This document shows positions 29,976 through 38,927 of a stretch of DNA of 64,000 bases, piece after piece. The notes below the pieces were generated by a model. It had not been told where the DNA came from and searched no databases. It worked only from the letters and a program-made list of their open reading frames with translations. The translations under genes were made by a program, and so were the position numbers. Position 1 is the first letter of the stretch. Each line of letters starts with the position of its first letter. The DNA is from Hydrurus foetidus. Taxonomy: Eukaryota. The stretch covers positions 248,001 through 312,000 of the forward strand of contig UYFQ01000032.1 of assembly GCA_900617105.1 (NCBI GenBank). The letters run 5' to 3'.

Positions 29976-30018
29976 GTTGTCACCGCCAGTTTCAGCCTTG
30001 GCGGATTCAAGCTTTAAC

Positions 30019-30978
30019 TCAAGCCTTTGCAGGCACCAAAAACTCGCGGCTGATGCTGGCACCGAGTTCGTTCACGCGGTCTAGGAACTGCGTCAAAAAG
30101 GCGTGCAGGCCGGTGGCCAGAATTTCGTCGATACGGCCATACTGCAACTCCGCACACAGCTTACCGGCACGGCGCTGGGTTTCGCTGCCGTGCTCGCTCG
30201 TCACCAGAGCAAGGTTTGTCACGACAGCGTTCAAGCTGGCGTGCAAGGAGCGGGGCATGTCGGAACGCAAAATCAACAACTCGGCCACGCGCTCGGGTTT
30301 GATCACGTCGCGGTAGACCTTGCGGTAAATCTCAAAGCCGCTGACGCTGCGCAAAATGGCACTCCAATGGTAGAAATCGTACTCTTGGTCTTTGGTGCTG
30401 GCCGCGCCAAAGAAGTCGCTTTGCACGGCGTGGAATTTGACATCCACCAAGCGGGCGGTGTTGTCAGCACGCTCCAAAAAGGTGCCCAAGCGCATGAAGA
30501 ACAAGGCTTCGTCCATAAGCATGGTGCCCACCGTCACGCCGCGTGAGAGGTGGCTGCGGAACTTGACCCATTCAAAAAACTGCGACGGGTCGCGCTCAAA
30601 ATCGCCATCGCGCAGCTTGCGGTTGACTTCCAGCCAAGTCTGGTTTTGCGTTTCCCAGACTTCGGTGGTGAGGGTGCCACGCACGGCACGGGCATTTTCG
30701 CGGGCAGCACGCAGGCAAGAAATGATGGAGGACGGGTTTTCTTCGTCTTTCACCATGAACTCCATCACCTCGCGGGCAGCGACTTCACCGTGGCGCTCGG
30801 TGTAGGAAGGCAGCAGTTCGCTGATCGACAGCAGCCCTTGCCAGCCCACTTGGGCGACGGCGGCGGACTGGGGCAACAGCGAGGTTTGGTAGTTCACATC
30901 CAGCATGCGGGAGGTGTTCTCGGCCCGCTCGGTGTAGCGGGACATCCAGAATAAGTGGTCAGCGGTTCTCGATAGCAT
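30019..30978 (-). CDS. Alpha-E domain protein (DUF403)
   Basis: MLSRTADHLFWMSRYTERAEN, second ER motif FLERADNTAR, and PRSL. Confidence 0.92.
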   Translation of the reverse strand: MLSRTADHLFWMSRYTERAENTSRMLDVNYQTSLLPQSAAVAQVGWQGLLSISELLPSYTERHGEVAAREVMEFMVKDEENPSSIISCLRAARENARAVRGTLTTEVWETQNQTWLEVNRKLRDGDFERDPSQFFEWVKFRSHLSRGVTVGTMLMDEALFFMRLGTFLERADNTARLVDVKFHAVQSDFFGAASTKDQEYDFYHWSAILRSVSGFEIYRKVYRDVIKPERVAELLILRSDMPRSLHASLNAVVTNLALVTSEHGSETQRRAGKLCAELQYGRIDEILATGLHAFLTQFLDRVNELGASISREFLVPAKA

Positions 30979-30990
30979 CAGATGTCTCCC

Positions 30991-32490
30991 TTATTCCAAA
31001 ATCCAAGTGTCTTTGGTGCCGCCACCTTGTGACGAGTTGACGACCAAAGAGCCCTCTTTCAACGCCACACGGGTCAAGCCACCAGGCACCATTTGCACGG
31101 TTTTGCCGCTGAGCACGAAGGGGCGCAGGTCGATATGGCGTGGCGCGATGCCACTTTCCACGAACGTGGGGCAGCTTGACAGGCTCAGCGTAGGCTGGGC
31201 GATGTAGCCTTCGGGCTTGGCCAGCACGGCTTTGCGAAAGTCTTCAATTTCAGCCGTGGTGGACGCAGGCCCCACCAACATGCCGTAGCCACCCGCACCG
31301 TGAACCTCTTTAACCACCAAGTCTTTCAGATTGGCCATGGTGTAGGCCAAGTCTTCCTTGTTCCGGCACATGTAAGTGGGCACGTTGTTCAGAATCGGTT
31401 TTTCACCGAGGTAGAACTCGATCATCTTGGGCACGTAGGGGTAGATGGACTTGTCGTCAGCCACGCCGGTGCCGACAGCGTTGCAAATCGCCACGTTGCC
31501 TGCGCGGTAGGCTTCCATCAGACCCGCACAGCCCAATGTGGACGTGGGACGGAACGCCAATGGGTCTAAGAAATCATCGTCCACACGGCGGTAAATCACG
31601 TCCACACGGCGAGGGCCGCGCGTGGTGCGCATGTACACAAACTTCTCTTTGACGAACAAATCTTGACCTTCCACCAGCTCGATACCCATTTGCTGGGCCA
31701 AGAAGGCATGCTCGAAGTAGGCCGAGTTGTACATGCCGGGTGTCAGCACCACTACAGTGGGCTCCGCAACGTTGACGGGAGCCGAGGCACGCAGGGTTTC
31801 CAGCAGCAAATCAGGGTAATGGGCGACCGGGGCCACTTTGTAGGTGCTGAAGAGGTTGGGGAACAGCCGCATCATCATCTTGCGGTCTTCCAGCATGTAA
31901 GACACACCGCTGGGCACGCGCAGGTTGTCTTCGAGCACGTAGTACTCGCCGTTGCCCTGGGCATCCGGGGCACGCACGATGTCGATGCCGCTGATGTGCG
32001 AGTAGATGTTGCCCGGCACGTTCACGCCCATCATCTCTTTGCGGAACTGGGCGTTGTTCAGAATCTGCTCAGCAGGCACATGGCCGGCTTTGATGATGTC
32101 TTGGTCGTGGTAGACGTCATGCACAAAGCGGTTCAGGGCGGTAACGCGCTGAACCAAGCCTTTTTCCATGCTGGCCCACTCGTGGGCGGGGATGATGCGG
32201 GGGATCAAATCGAAGGGAATCAAGCGCTCGGTGCCTGAGCCGTCTTCGTCTTTGGCGCCGTAGACGGCAAAGGTGATGCCCACGCGGCGGAAGATCAGCT
32301 CAGCCTCGTCGCGGCGGGCATGCATTACCTCGTTCGATTGCTGCGACAGCCAGTGCGCGTATTTGAGGTAATGCTCACGTACAACAGGTGCCGGGCCCTG
32401 CCCCTGAGATTGTCCTTGCGACTGCCATTGCGAGAGGTCTCTCACAGCTGCCTCAGGCAACTCGGTATACATTTCGTCAAATTTTTTCAT
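30991..32490 (-). CDS. Circularly permuted type 2 ATP-grasp protein
   Basis: FDLIPR, LEDNLRVPSGVSY, NSAYFEH, IYRRVDDDFLDP and NSSQGGGTKD motifs; AGGAGA before ATG 32490. Confidence 0.95.
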   Translation of the reverse strand: MKKFDEMYTELPEAAVRDLSQWQSQGQSQGQGPAPVVREHYLKYAHWLSQQSNEVMHARRDEAELIFRRVGITFAVYGAKDEDGSGTERLIPFDLIPRIIPAHEWASMEKGLVQRVTALNRFVHDVYHDQDIIKAGHVPAEQILNNAQFRKEMMGVNVPGNIYSHISGIDIVRAPDAQGNGEYYVLEDNLRVPSGVSYMLEDRKMMMRLFPNLFSTYKVAPVAHYPDLLLETLRASAPVNVAEPTVVVLTPGMYNSAYFEHAFLAQQMGIELVEGQDLFVKEKFVYMRTTRGPRRVDVIYRRVDDDFLDPLAFRPTSTLGCAGLMEAYRAGNVAICNAVGTGVADDKSIYPYVPKMIEFYLGEKPILNNVPTYMCRNKEDLAYTMANLKDLVVKEVHGAGGYGMLVGPASTTAEIEDFRKAVLAKPEGYIAQPTLSLSSCPTFVESGIAPRHIDLRPFVLSGKTVQMVPGGLTRVALKEGSLVVNSSQGGGTKDTWILE

Positions 32491-32566
32491 AGGCTTTGTT
32501 CTCCTGGGTATAGCATAGCAAGTTAGATGGCATCTTCCGTCTAATGAGATTGGCCATTTCAATTTA

Positions 32567-32582
32567 TGCACATTGCGTGCCA
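32567..32582 (-). promoter_or_regulatory. sigma54 (-24/-12) promoter of the ATP-grasp/alpha-E operon
   Basis: TGGCACG-CAAT-GTGCA versus consensus TGGCACG-N4-TTGCW; about 75 nt upstream of the start codon. Confidence 0.7.
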
Positions 32583-32841
32583 ACGTCTCTCCAGTGCGTT
32601 TATACGCCTGTATCAAGCGCCTTGCGCACAGGGTCACGAATTTGCCTGCACAAAGACGCATAAGCCCACATCCGCTCCCCTCATCTCACCACAACCCTAA
32701 GCGGGTTTTAAGCCTAAGTACGGCCTGAAATGCTAAAACACGCTAGAGTCACTTGAGGGTATTTCCACATTGACCTGTAGGGAGTGATTACTTTGATGTC
32801 TGTTGACTTTTCTGCAACGCTTAAGCTTTCACAGTTCACCA

Positions 32842-34299
32842 ATGAGTGATGAGGGCCGTGCCATGAGTCCGCTAGAGCTAGAAGCACGCTTGGCCAAGCT
32901 TGAAGCCCAAAACGCAGCGCTTCAAGCCAGAAACTTCACCTTGCGGGCCGAGTTGGACATCCAACTCGCCGTGTTTGACGCGGTACCGTACCCCATGTTT
33001 CACCACGATGAGCAGGCCCGCTTTCGCGCCGTGAACACGGCCTATGCCAACGCTTATGCCACCAGCACCGCTGAAATGCGAGGACTCTCCGTGCTGGACA
33101 TCAGCACCCAGCCCGAGGCACTTCGCCCTATTCTCAAAGCCGAAGACGACCATTTGATCGCCACCGCAGGCAGCAAACAGCGAGAGTTAGCGGTGCCCAT
33201 GGCCGATGGCAGCATCCGTACCACGTTGTTTTACTCGGTAGGCTACCGCAAAAAAGACGGCACACCGGGCGGCATGGTGGGCACGATGGTGGACATCACA
33301 GCCCGCAAAGAAGCCGAGCGGGCCAGCCAAGCCATGTTGCGCCAACAGCAAGCTATTTTTGACTCAGTGAGCGTAGGCATTGCCTTTTTGGTAATGCGTC
33401 AATTTCGCCTGTGCAACCAGGTGATGGAACGCATTTTTGGCTATGAGCCCGGCGAGCTTTTAGGCACCTACACCGAGCAACTCTACCTGCCAGGCGACGA
33501 CTGGATGGGGATGGGTGTGCGCATAAAAGACCACCTCGATTTGACGGGCCATTACAGCGAAGAGCGCTTGATGCAGCGCAAAGATGGCTCACAGGTTTGG
33601 GTCAGTCGAAGTGGACGCTTGCTGGGTTCAGGGGATGACGAAAAGCATACGGTGTGGGTTTACGAAGACATCACCGAACGCCGCCGCATAGCCCAGGAAC
33701 TGCGCTATGCCAAAGACATCGCCGAAGCCGCCGCGGTGGCCAAATCCAATTTTTTGGCCAACATGAGCCATGAGATTCGCACCCCCATGAACGCCATCAT
33801 CGGGTTGGCGCACTTGGCGCTTCGCACGCAACTCACCCCACAGCAACGCGATTACATCCAAAAAGTGCACAGCGCCGGGCAGTCGCTGCTGGGCATCATC
33901 AACGATATTTTGGATTTCTCGAAAATCGAAGCAGGCAAGCTGGAAACGGAATCCATCCCCTTTGATTTGGACGAGGTACTGAGCCGCGTCTCCACCGTGA
34001 CCAGTGGCAAAGCCTGGGACAAAGACCTGGAATTGCTGTTCCAGACCGCCAACGGCATGCCAAGCTACCTCAAAGGCGACGCCTTGCGGCTGGGGCAGGT
34101 GCTCATCAACCTGATTAACAACGCGGTGAAGTTCACCGAGCAAGGGCAAATCCTCGTGCATGGCTCTCACCGGCTGCTGGAAGACCACCGCATCGAGCTG
34201 ACCTTCGAGATCCGCGACACCGGCATCGGCATGACACCGGCGCAAACAGCCAAGCTGTTCCAGCCCTTCAGCCAAGCCGATGAATCCACCACCCGTAAA

Positions 34300-34332
<33 letters not shown>

Positions 34333-36165
34333 AAGCACTTGGTGGAGATGATGGACGGCACCATCGGGGTGAGGAGCGTGGCGGGAGAAGGCTCGGTGTT
34401 TCACTTTACCTGGGTGTGCGAAGTGATGAATGAGGCGGATAACGCCATTGACCTGGATAGCCCCAGCACCGGGATTAACGCCCAACGCGCCAAACCCCGC
34501 GTGCTGCCTGATGCACTGAACCACCTGCGCGTGCTGGTGGTGGACGACAACCCGGCAGCGCGTGAAATCCTGAGCGAAGCCCTGAAACGCTTTCACTTTG
34601 AGGTGGACAGCGTGGCCAGCGGTGAAGAAGCGTTGGCCGCATTGCGCTTTGAAAACGATAGCATCAACAGCATATCTGGCGAACATGAAAGTGATTTTTT
34701 ACCCTCCACTTCCTCTAAGCCTCCCATGCCCTACGCGGTGGTCTTCACCGACTGGAAAATGCCAGGCCTGGACGGCATAGCCCTCACCCGCCTCATCAAA
34801 GCGGATGCCCACATCCAACCCCCACCCGCCGTGGTGCTGGTCACAGCCTTTGGCCGCGAAGAAATCCGCCAACAGGCCGAAAACGCCGCGATGGACGGCT
34901 TTTTGATCAAACCCGTCAACCAGTCGATGCTGGTGGACACGCTGGTCAGCCTGTTTGCCAAAAACGAAGGTGGCGAGGTGCAGCGCCACACGAGCGATGA
35001 GGAGATCCCCAGCCTGCACGGTCTGCGGGTGCTGCTGGCCGAAGACAACGCCATCAACCAGCAAATCGCCATCGAGCTGATGCAAGCCGCCGGGGTCAAA
35101 GTAGACGTGGCTGACAACGGCCTGATCGCCGTCAACCTGCTGCTGACCGCAGGCCCTAGCGCCTACCACTTGGTGCTGATGGACTTGCAAATGCCCGAAA
35201 TGGACGGCCACGAAGCCACCCTGCAAATTCGGCAAAACCCGGATTTCAACGACCTGCCCATCATCGCCATGACCGCCCACGCGATGGTGGAAGAACGCGA
35301 CCGCTGTCTCGCCGAGGGCATGAACGAACACTTAACCAAGCCCATAGACCCGGTGCAGCTCTACCAAACGCTGCTGAAATGGGGCGGCCATGCGGTAACG
35401 CCAGAAGCTGCGCCGAATGCTGCAATGGACAGCAATGACCCCCTACCGGCATTACAAAACCAGCCTGCAACCGCTCACGCTTCGGCTACTGGGTCTGCCC
35501 AAAACGATGTGCTGACAGCGCTGCAAGCCCAAGTCCCCCAACTGAGCGTCACGTCTGCCCTGCGCCGCGTGTCGGGCAACACCAAGCTTTACCTGGGTCT
35601 GCTGCAACGCTATCTCGATGACCAAGCCAATGCGCTGGGCCACATCCGCACCCAACTCGCCGCCCGCGATACTGCCACGGCAGAACGGCTGGCCCACACA
35701 CTCAGAGGGGTGTCGGGCAACATCGGTGCCGCCAGCGTAGAAACACAGGCCGCGTTGCTGGAAAAAGCCTTGCGCGAAGGTGTCCCCCCCTCTGCGATTG
35801 AAGCCCATCTGGACGACACGGCGCAGGTGCTGCAACCGCTGCTGAAGGCGCTGGAGACGTGGTTTGCGCCCACCAACGCGACAACAGCGACAACACAACC
35901 CCCATCAACGCCCTCAGCCTCCTCATCATCCCCCCTGCCCACCCAGCCCGAAGACCTGCAACCCCAGCTACGTACCCTGTGCAAGATGCTGTCAGAAATG
36001 GACGGCGATGCCCAAGAATTTTTGGAAACCCTGACCCCAGCACTGGCCACCCTGCTGCCTGCGGACACGCTGAAGACCCTGTGCCTGCATGTTGCAGCGT
36101 TTGATTTTGAGGAAGCGCTGGGGCTGCTGAAAGCGCATGTCAGCACGGAGACTTCCTCTGACTGA
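32842..36165 (+). CDS. Hybrid sensor histidine kinase (PAS-PAS-HisKA-HATPase-REC-REC-HPt)
   Basis: FLANMSHEIRTPMN, NNAVKF, DTGIG, GGTGLGL, DWKMP, DLQMP and HPt AHTLRG motifs; start 32842 or 32863. Confidence 0.95.
34645..34684 (+). repeat. Intragenic fixed-spacing motif, copy 4 (loop in the first REC domain)
   Basis: CGCT TTGAAAACG ATAGC ATCAACA GC ATATCTGGCGA AC. Confidence 0.6.
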
Positions 36166-36193
36166 CGCAGGTTAAAACCGTGCGACTGCGGAT

Positions 36194-38785
36194 TCAAGGC
36201 ACCCGGTGCTGCCAGTAATGCGGCGACACCGACCGATGGCAGCCCAGCCGCTCTGGCTGCGCACTTGACCACACCGCTGCGCCGCAGTGCGCTGCGTCCA
36301 CCACCTGCACGCCCAGGGCTTCGTAGCGGGCCATCACGGCGGGGACGGGATGGCCAAAGCGGTTGCGGTAGCCTGCCTGCACCACGGCCACGCGCGGCTG
36401 CACTGCGTCCAAAAACGCCGCACTCGATGAGGTTTTGCTGCCGTGGTGGGGCACCAGCAAGAAATCCACCTTCAGCTTCTCTGGGCCAGCACCGGTCAAC
36501 AAGGCGGCTTCTTGGGGTTGTTCGATGTCGCCCACCAGCAGCGCGGTGCCAGGGTGGGACGCACGGCCCTGCGCCGGGGGCGTGGCCGTGCTGGCAATGC
36601 GCAGCACGCAGCTCAGCCCGTTGGGCTTGAGCCGCCCCGCCGCCGCTGCCTCGTAATCCTCCGCCCTAGGGTGCAGCACCTCGAAATCAACCCCGTCCCA
36701 CTGCCAGCGCTGCCCGGCCAAGCAGCGGGTAGCGGGGCGCAACGCTTGCAGCTCATGCGTCGTCTCTATCGAGCTGAGCAACGCCGCTTGGGGCTGCATC
36801 GCCAGCACTGCCGGTGCGCCACCGGTGTGGTCGAGATCCCGGTGGCTCAGCACCAGGGTGTCTAGCCGCACGTCCAAAGCCCGCAGCAGAGGCACCAGCA
36901 CACGGTGCCCGGCATCCGAGTCTGCCCCAAAGCGTGGCCCCGCGTCGTAAAGCAGGCTGTGCTGCGCGGTGCGTACCAGCACCGCGTTGCCCTGACCCAC
37001 GTCAGCGGCCAGCAACTCAAACTGACCGGCAGGCGGACGCGGGGCTTGCCACAGCAATACGGGCAACAACAGCGGCAACCCCAAGCCCCGCAAGGCCCAG
37101 GGCAGTCGCATCGCCAGAAAAAGTCCACCCAAAAGGCCAGATGCGCTTATCCATAATGCAGGATTAGCTATGAAAACCGTAGCAAATGACACACTGTTCA
37201 ACACCTGCAAAACGGCATCCAACGCGCCCAGACTCCAGCCACACAGCGCCCAGACCGGCGCCCACAGCACGCCTAGCATCGCCAGCGGCGTGACCACCAG
37301 CGTCACCCACGGAATCGCCAACAGGTTTGCGACCAGCCCCACCACCGAGAACTGGCCGAACAGCAGCAGCGTGAGCGGTGTCAAAGCCAACGTCACCACC
37401 GCCTGCTCGCGCAGCAAGGCTTTGGCGGGCGGCCACAAACTGTCCCACCCTGATGCCCACCAGCGTGCCCACCACCTCTCCCTGTCTTGGGGTGCAGGGC
37501 GCAGGGCGGCTTCAATCTCCCGCTGCTGCGCTGTGCTGCCGTCGTCCCCGCTGATGAACAACACCGCCACGGCCACAAAGCTCAGCCAAAAACCGGCTTG
37601 CAGCAAGGCCCACGGGTCAAGCGCCAAGACAACCGCCAGCGTCAACAGCCACATGACCGGCCAGGGCCAGCGGTGCCCGCTCACGCGCAGCCAGGCGATG
37701 GTGGCCAGCATGCCCACGGTGCGCTGGGCCGGCACGCCCCAGCCGCTGAACAGCGCATAAGCCGCCGCCAGCAGCACACCCCCGACCAAGGCGGCGGACG
37801 GCGCGGCCACCCAGTCACACAGCCGCCCCGAGCGCCGCCACAGCAGCCCCAACACCCATGCAGCGACCCAAGCGAACAGCGTGACATGCAAGCCTGAGAT
37901 GCTCATCAAATGGGCCACGCCGGTGGCACGGAATACATCCCAATCAGCGCGTTCAATGGCCGCTTGGTCGCCCACCACCAGCGCAGCGATGATGCCTGCG
38001 GTGCGGCGCTCAGGCACAGCGGCAAAGATGGCATCGCGCACGCTGAGGCGGGCCATCTCCAGCGGATGAGCGTAGGTTTGCACCAGCCTCTGGGGTAGAG
38101 CGGTCGGCGTTTTATCCGATGTAGAAGTGCGCACATAGCCCGTGGCCTGCAAGCCTGCCTCCCACAGCCACAGCTCGTAATCAAACCCGTGGGGGTTGCT
38201 GTTGCCGTGCGGGGCTTTGAGGCGCACCGTCCATTGCCAACGCTCGCCGGGCACCAGGGCGGGCGGCGGTGCAACATCGGGCGTGGCGTACCAGCCAAGG
38301 TAGACCAAGGGCGGCAAGGTGACAGGGGCAGCAGGTGCACCCAACGAACTGACAAGCTGCGCAGACTCCACCTCAAACCGAAAGCGCACCCCAGCCGCGT
38401 TGCGCTGCGGCATGGCAGCCACCACGCCCACCACCTGGATATCACGCCCCTCAAGCGCTGGCGACAGCGTGCGCTCAGCAAACACCGTAGCCCGCACGCC
38501 ACACAGCGCGAACGCCAGACTGACGGCACCCACCACACCAAACACCGTGCGCCAGTTGTCTGATATTGCTACTGATTTAAGAGCTAATACAGCATATGAA
38601 ATAAGCGCCAAAGCAGTAAAACAACCATAAAACAACGGGAACGACAAGCTGCCCTGCCCCAGTTGCAGCGCCGTGCCCGCCACCCACCCCAGCAGCATCG
38701 GCGTGAGCAGCAGGCGGCGTAACGAGGAGGTGTTGATGGCGTCTCTGGGCCATAGGGTTTGCGGCGTTTGCCACGGTTTGTGCAT
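36194..38785 (-). CDS. comEC: DNA internalization competence protein ComEC/Rec2
   Basis: NPHGFDYE, HLMSISGLH, DVGQG, SHRDLDH, PHHGSKTSS and NRFGHP motifs. Confidence 0.95.
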   Translation of the reverse strand: MHKPWQTPQTLWPRDAINTSSLRRLLLTPMLLGWVAGTALQLGQGSLSFPLFYGCFTALALISYAVLALKSVAISDNWRTVFGVVGAVSLAFALCGVRATVFAERTLSPALEGRDIQVVGVVAAMPQRNAAGVRFRFEVESAQLVSSLGAPAAPVTLPPLVYLGWYATPDVAPPPALVPGERWQWTVRLKAPHGNSNPHGFDYELWLWEAGLQATGYVRTSTSDKTPTALPQRLVQTYAHPLEMARLSVRDAIFAAVPERRTAGIIAALVVGDQAAIERADWDVFRATGVAHLMSISGLHVTLFAWVAAWVLGLLWRRSGRLCDWVAAPSAALVGGVLLAAAYALFSGWGVPAQRTVGMLATIAWLRVSGHRWPWPVMWLLTLAVVLALDPWALLQAGFWLSFVAVAVLFISGDDGSTAQQREIEAALRPAPQDRERWWARWWASGWDSLWPPAKALLREQAVVTLALTPLTLLLFGQFSVVGLVANLLAIPWVTLVVTPLAMLGVLWAPVWALCGWSLGALDAVLQVLNSVSFATVFIANPALWISASGLLGGLFLAMRLPWALRGLGLPLLLPVLLWQAPRPPAGQFELLAADVGQGNAVLVRTAQHSLLYDAGPRFGADSDAGHRVLVPLLRALDVRLDTLVLSHRDLDHTGGAPAVLAMQPQAALLSSIETTHELQALRPATRCLAGQRWQWDGVDFEVLHPRAEDYEAAAAGRLKPNGLSCVLRIASTATPPAQGRASHPGTALLVGDIEQPQEAALLTGAGPEKLKVDFLLVPHHGSKTSSSAAFLDAVQPRVAVVQAGYRNRFGHPVPAVMARYEALGVQVVDAAHCGAAVWSSAQPERLGCHRSVSPHYWQHRVP
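37145..37184 (-). repeat. Intragenic fixed-spacing motif, copy 5 (ComEC)
   Basis: TGCT ACGGTTTTC ATAGC TAATCCT GC ATTATGGATAA GC. Confidence 0.7.
38567..38606 (+). repeat. Intragenic fixed-spacing motif, copy 6 (ComEC, antisense to the gene)
   Basis: TGCT ACTGATTTA AGAGC TAATACA GC ATATGAAATAA GC. Confidence 0.7.
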
Positions 38786-38844
38786 GGGTCAATACTAATC
38801 TGGCCTAACCTGACGGCCTCTTTGCGGTTAACACGGACAGACGA

Positions 38845-38860
38845 TGGCTCAGGACTTGCT
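38845..38860 (+). promoter_or_regulatory. sigma54 (-24/-12) promoter of the transglutaminase-DUF2126 gene
   Basis: TGGCTCA-GGAC-TTGCT, with correct GG-N10-GC spacing; 67 nt upstream of ATG 38928. Confidence 0.6.
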
Positions 38861-38927
38861 AAGCTACGTCTGTTCATATTTTTTGCCGTCGTTGTACTTT
38901 TGTTGCTCTAACTATTGCCGAATCACC

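Noticed and set aside
32600..32680. NtrC enhancer upstream of the sigma54 promoter
   Set aside because: Only scattered GCAC half-sites; no TGCACC-N5-GGTGCA-like dyad.
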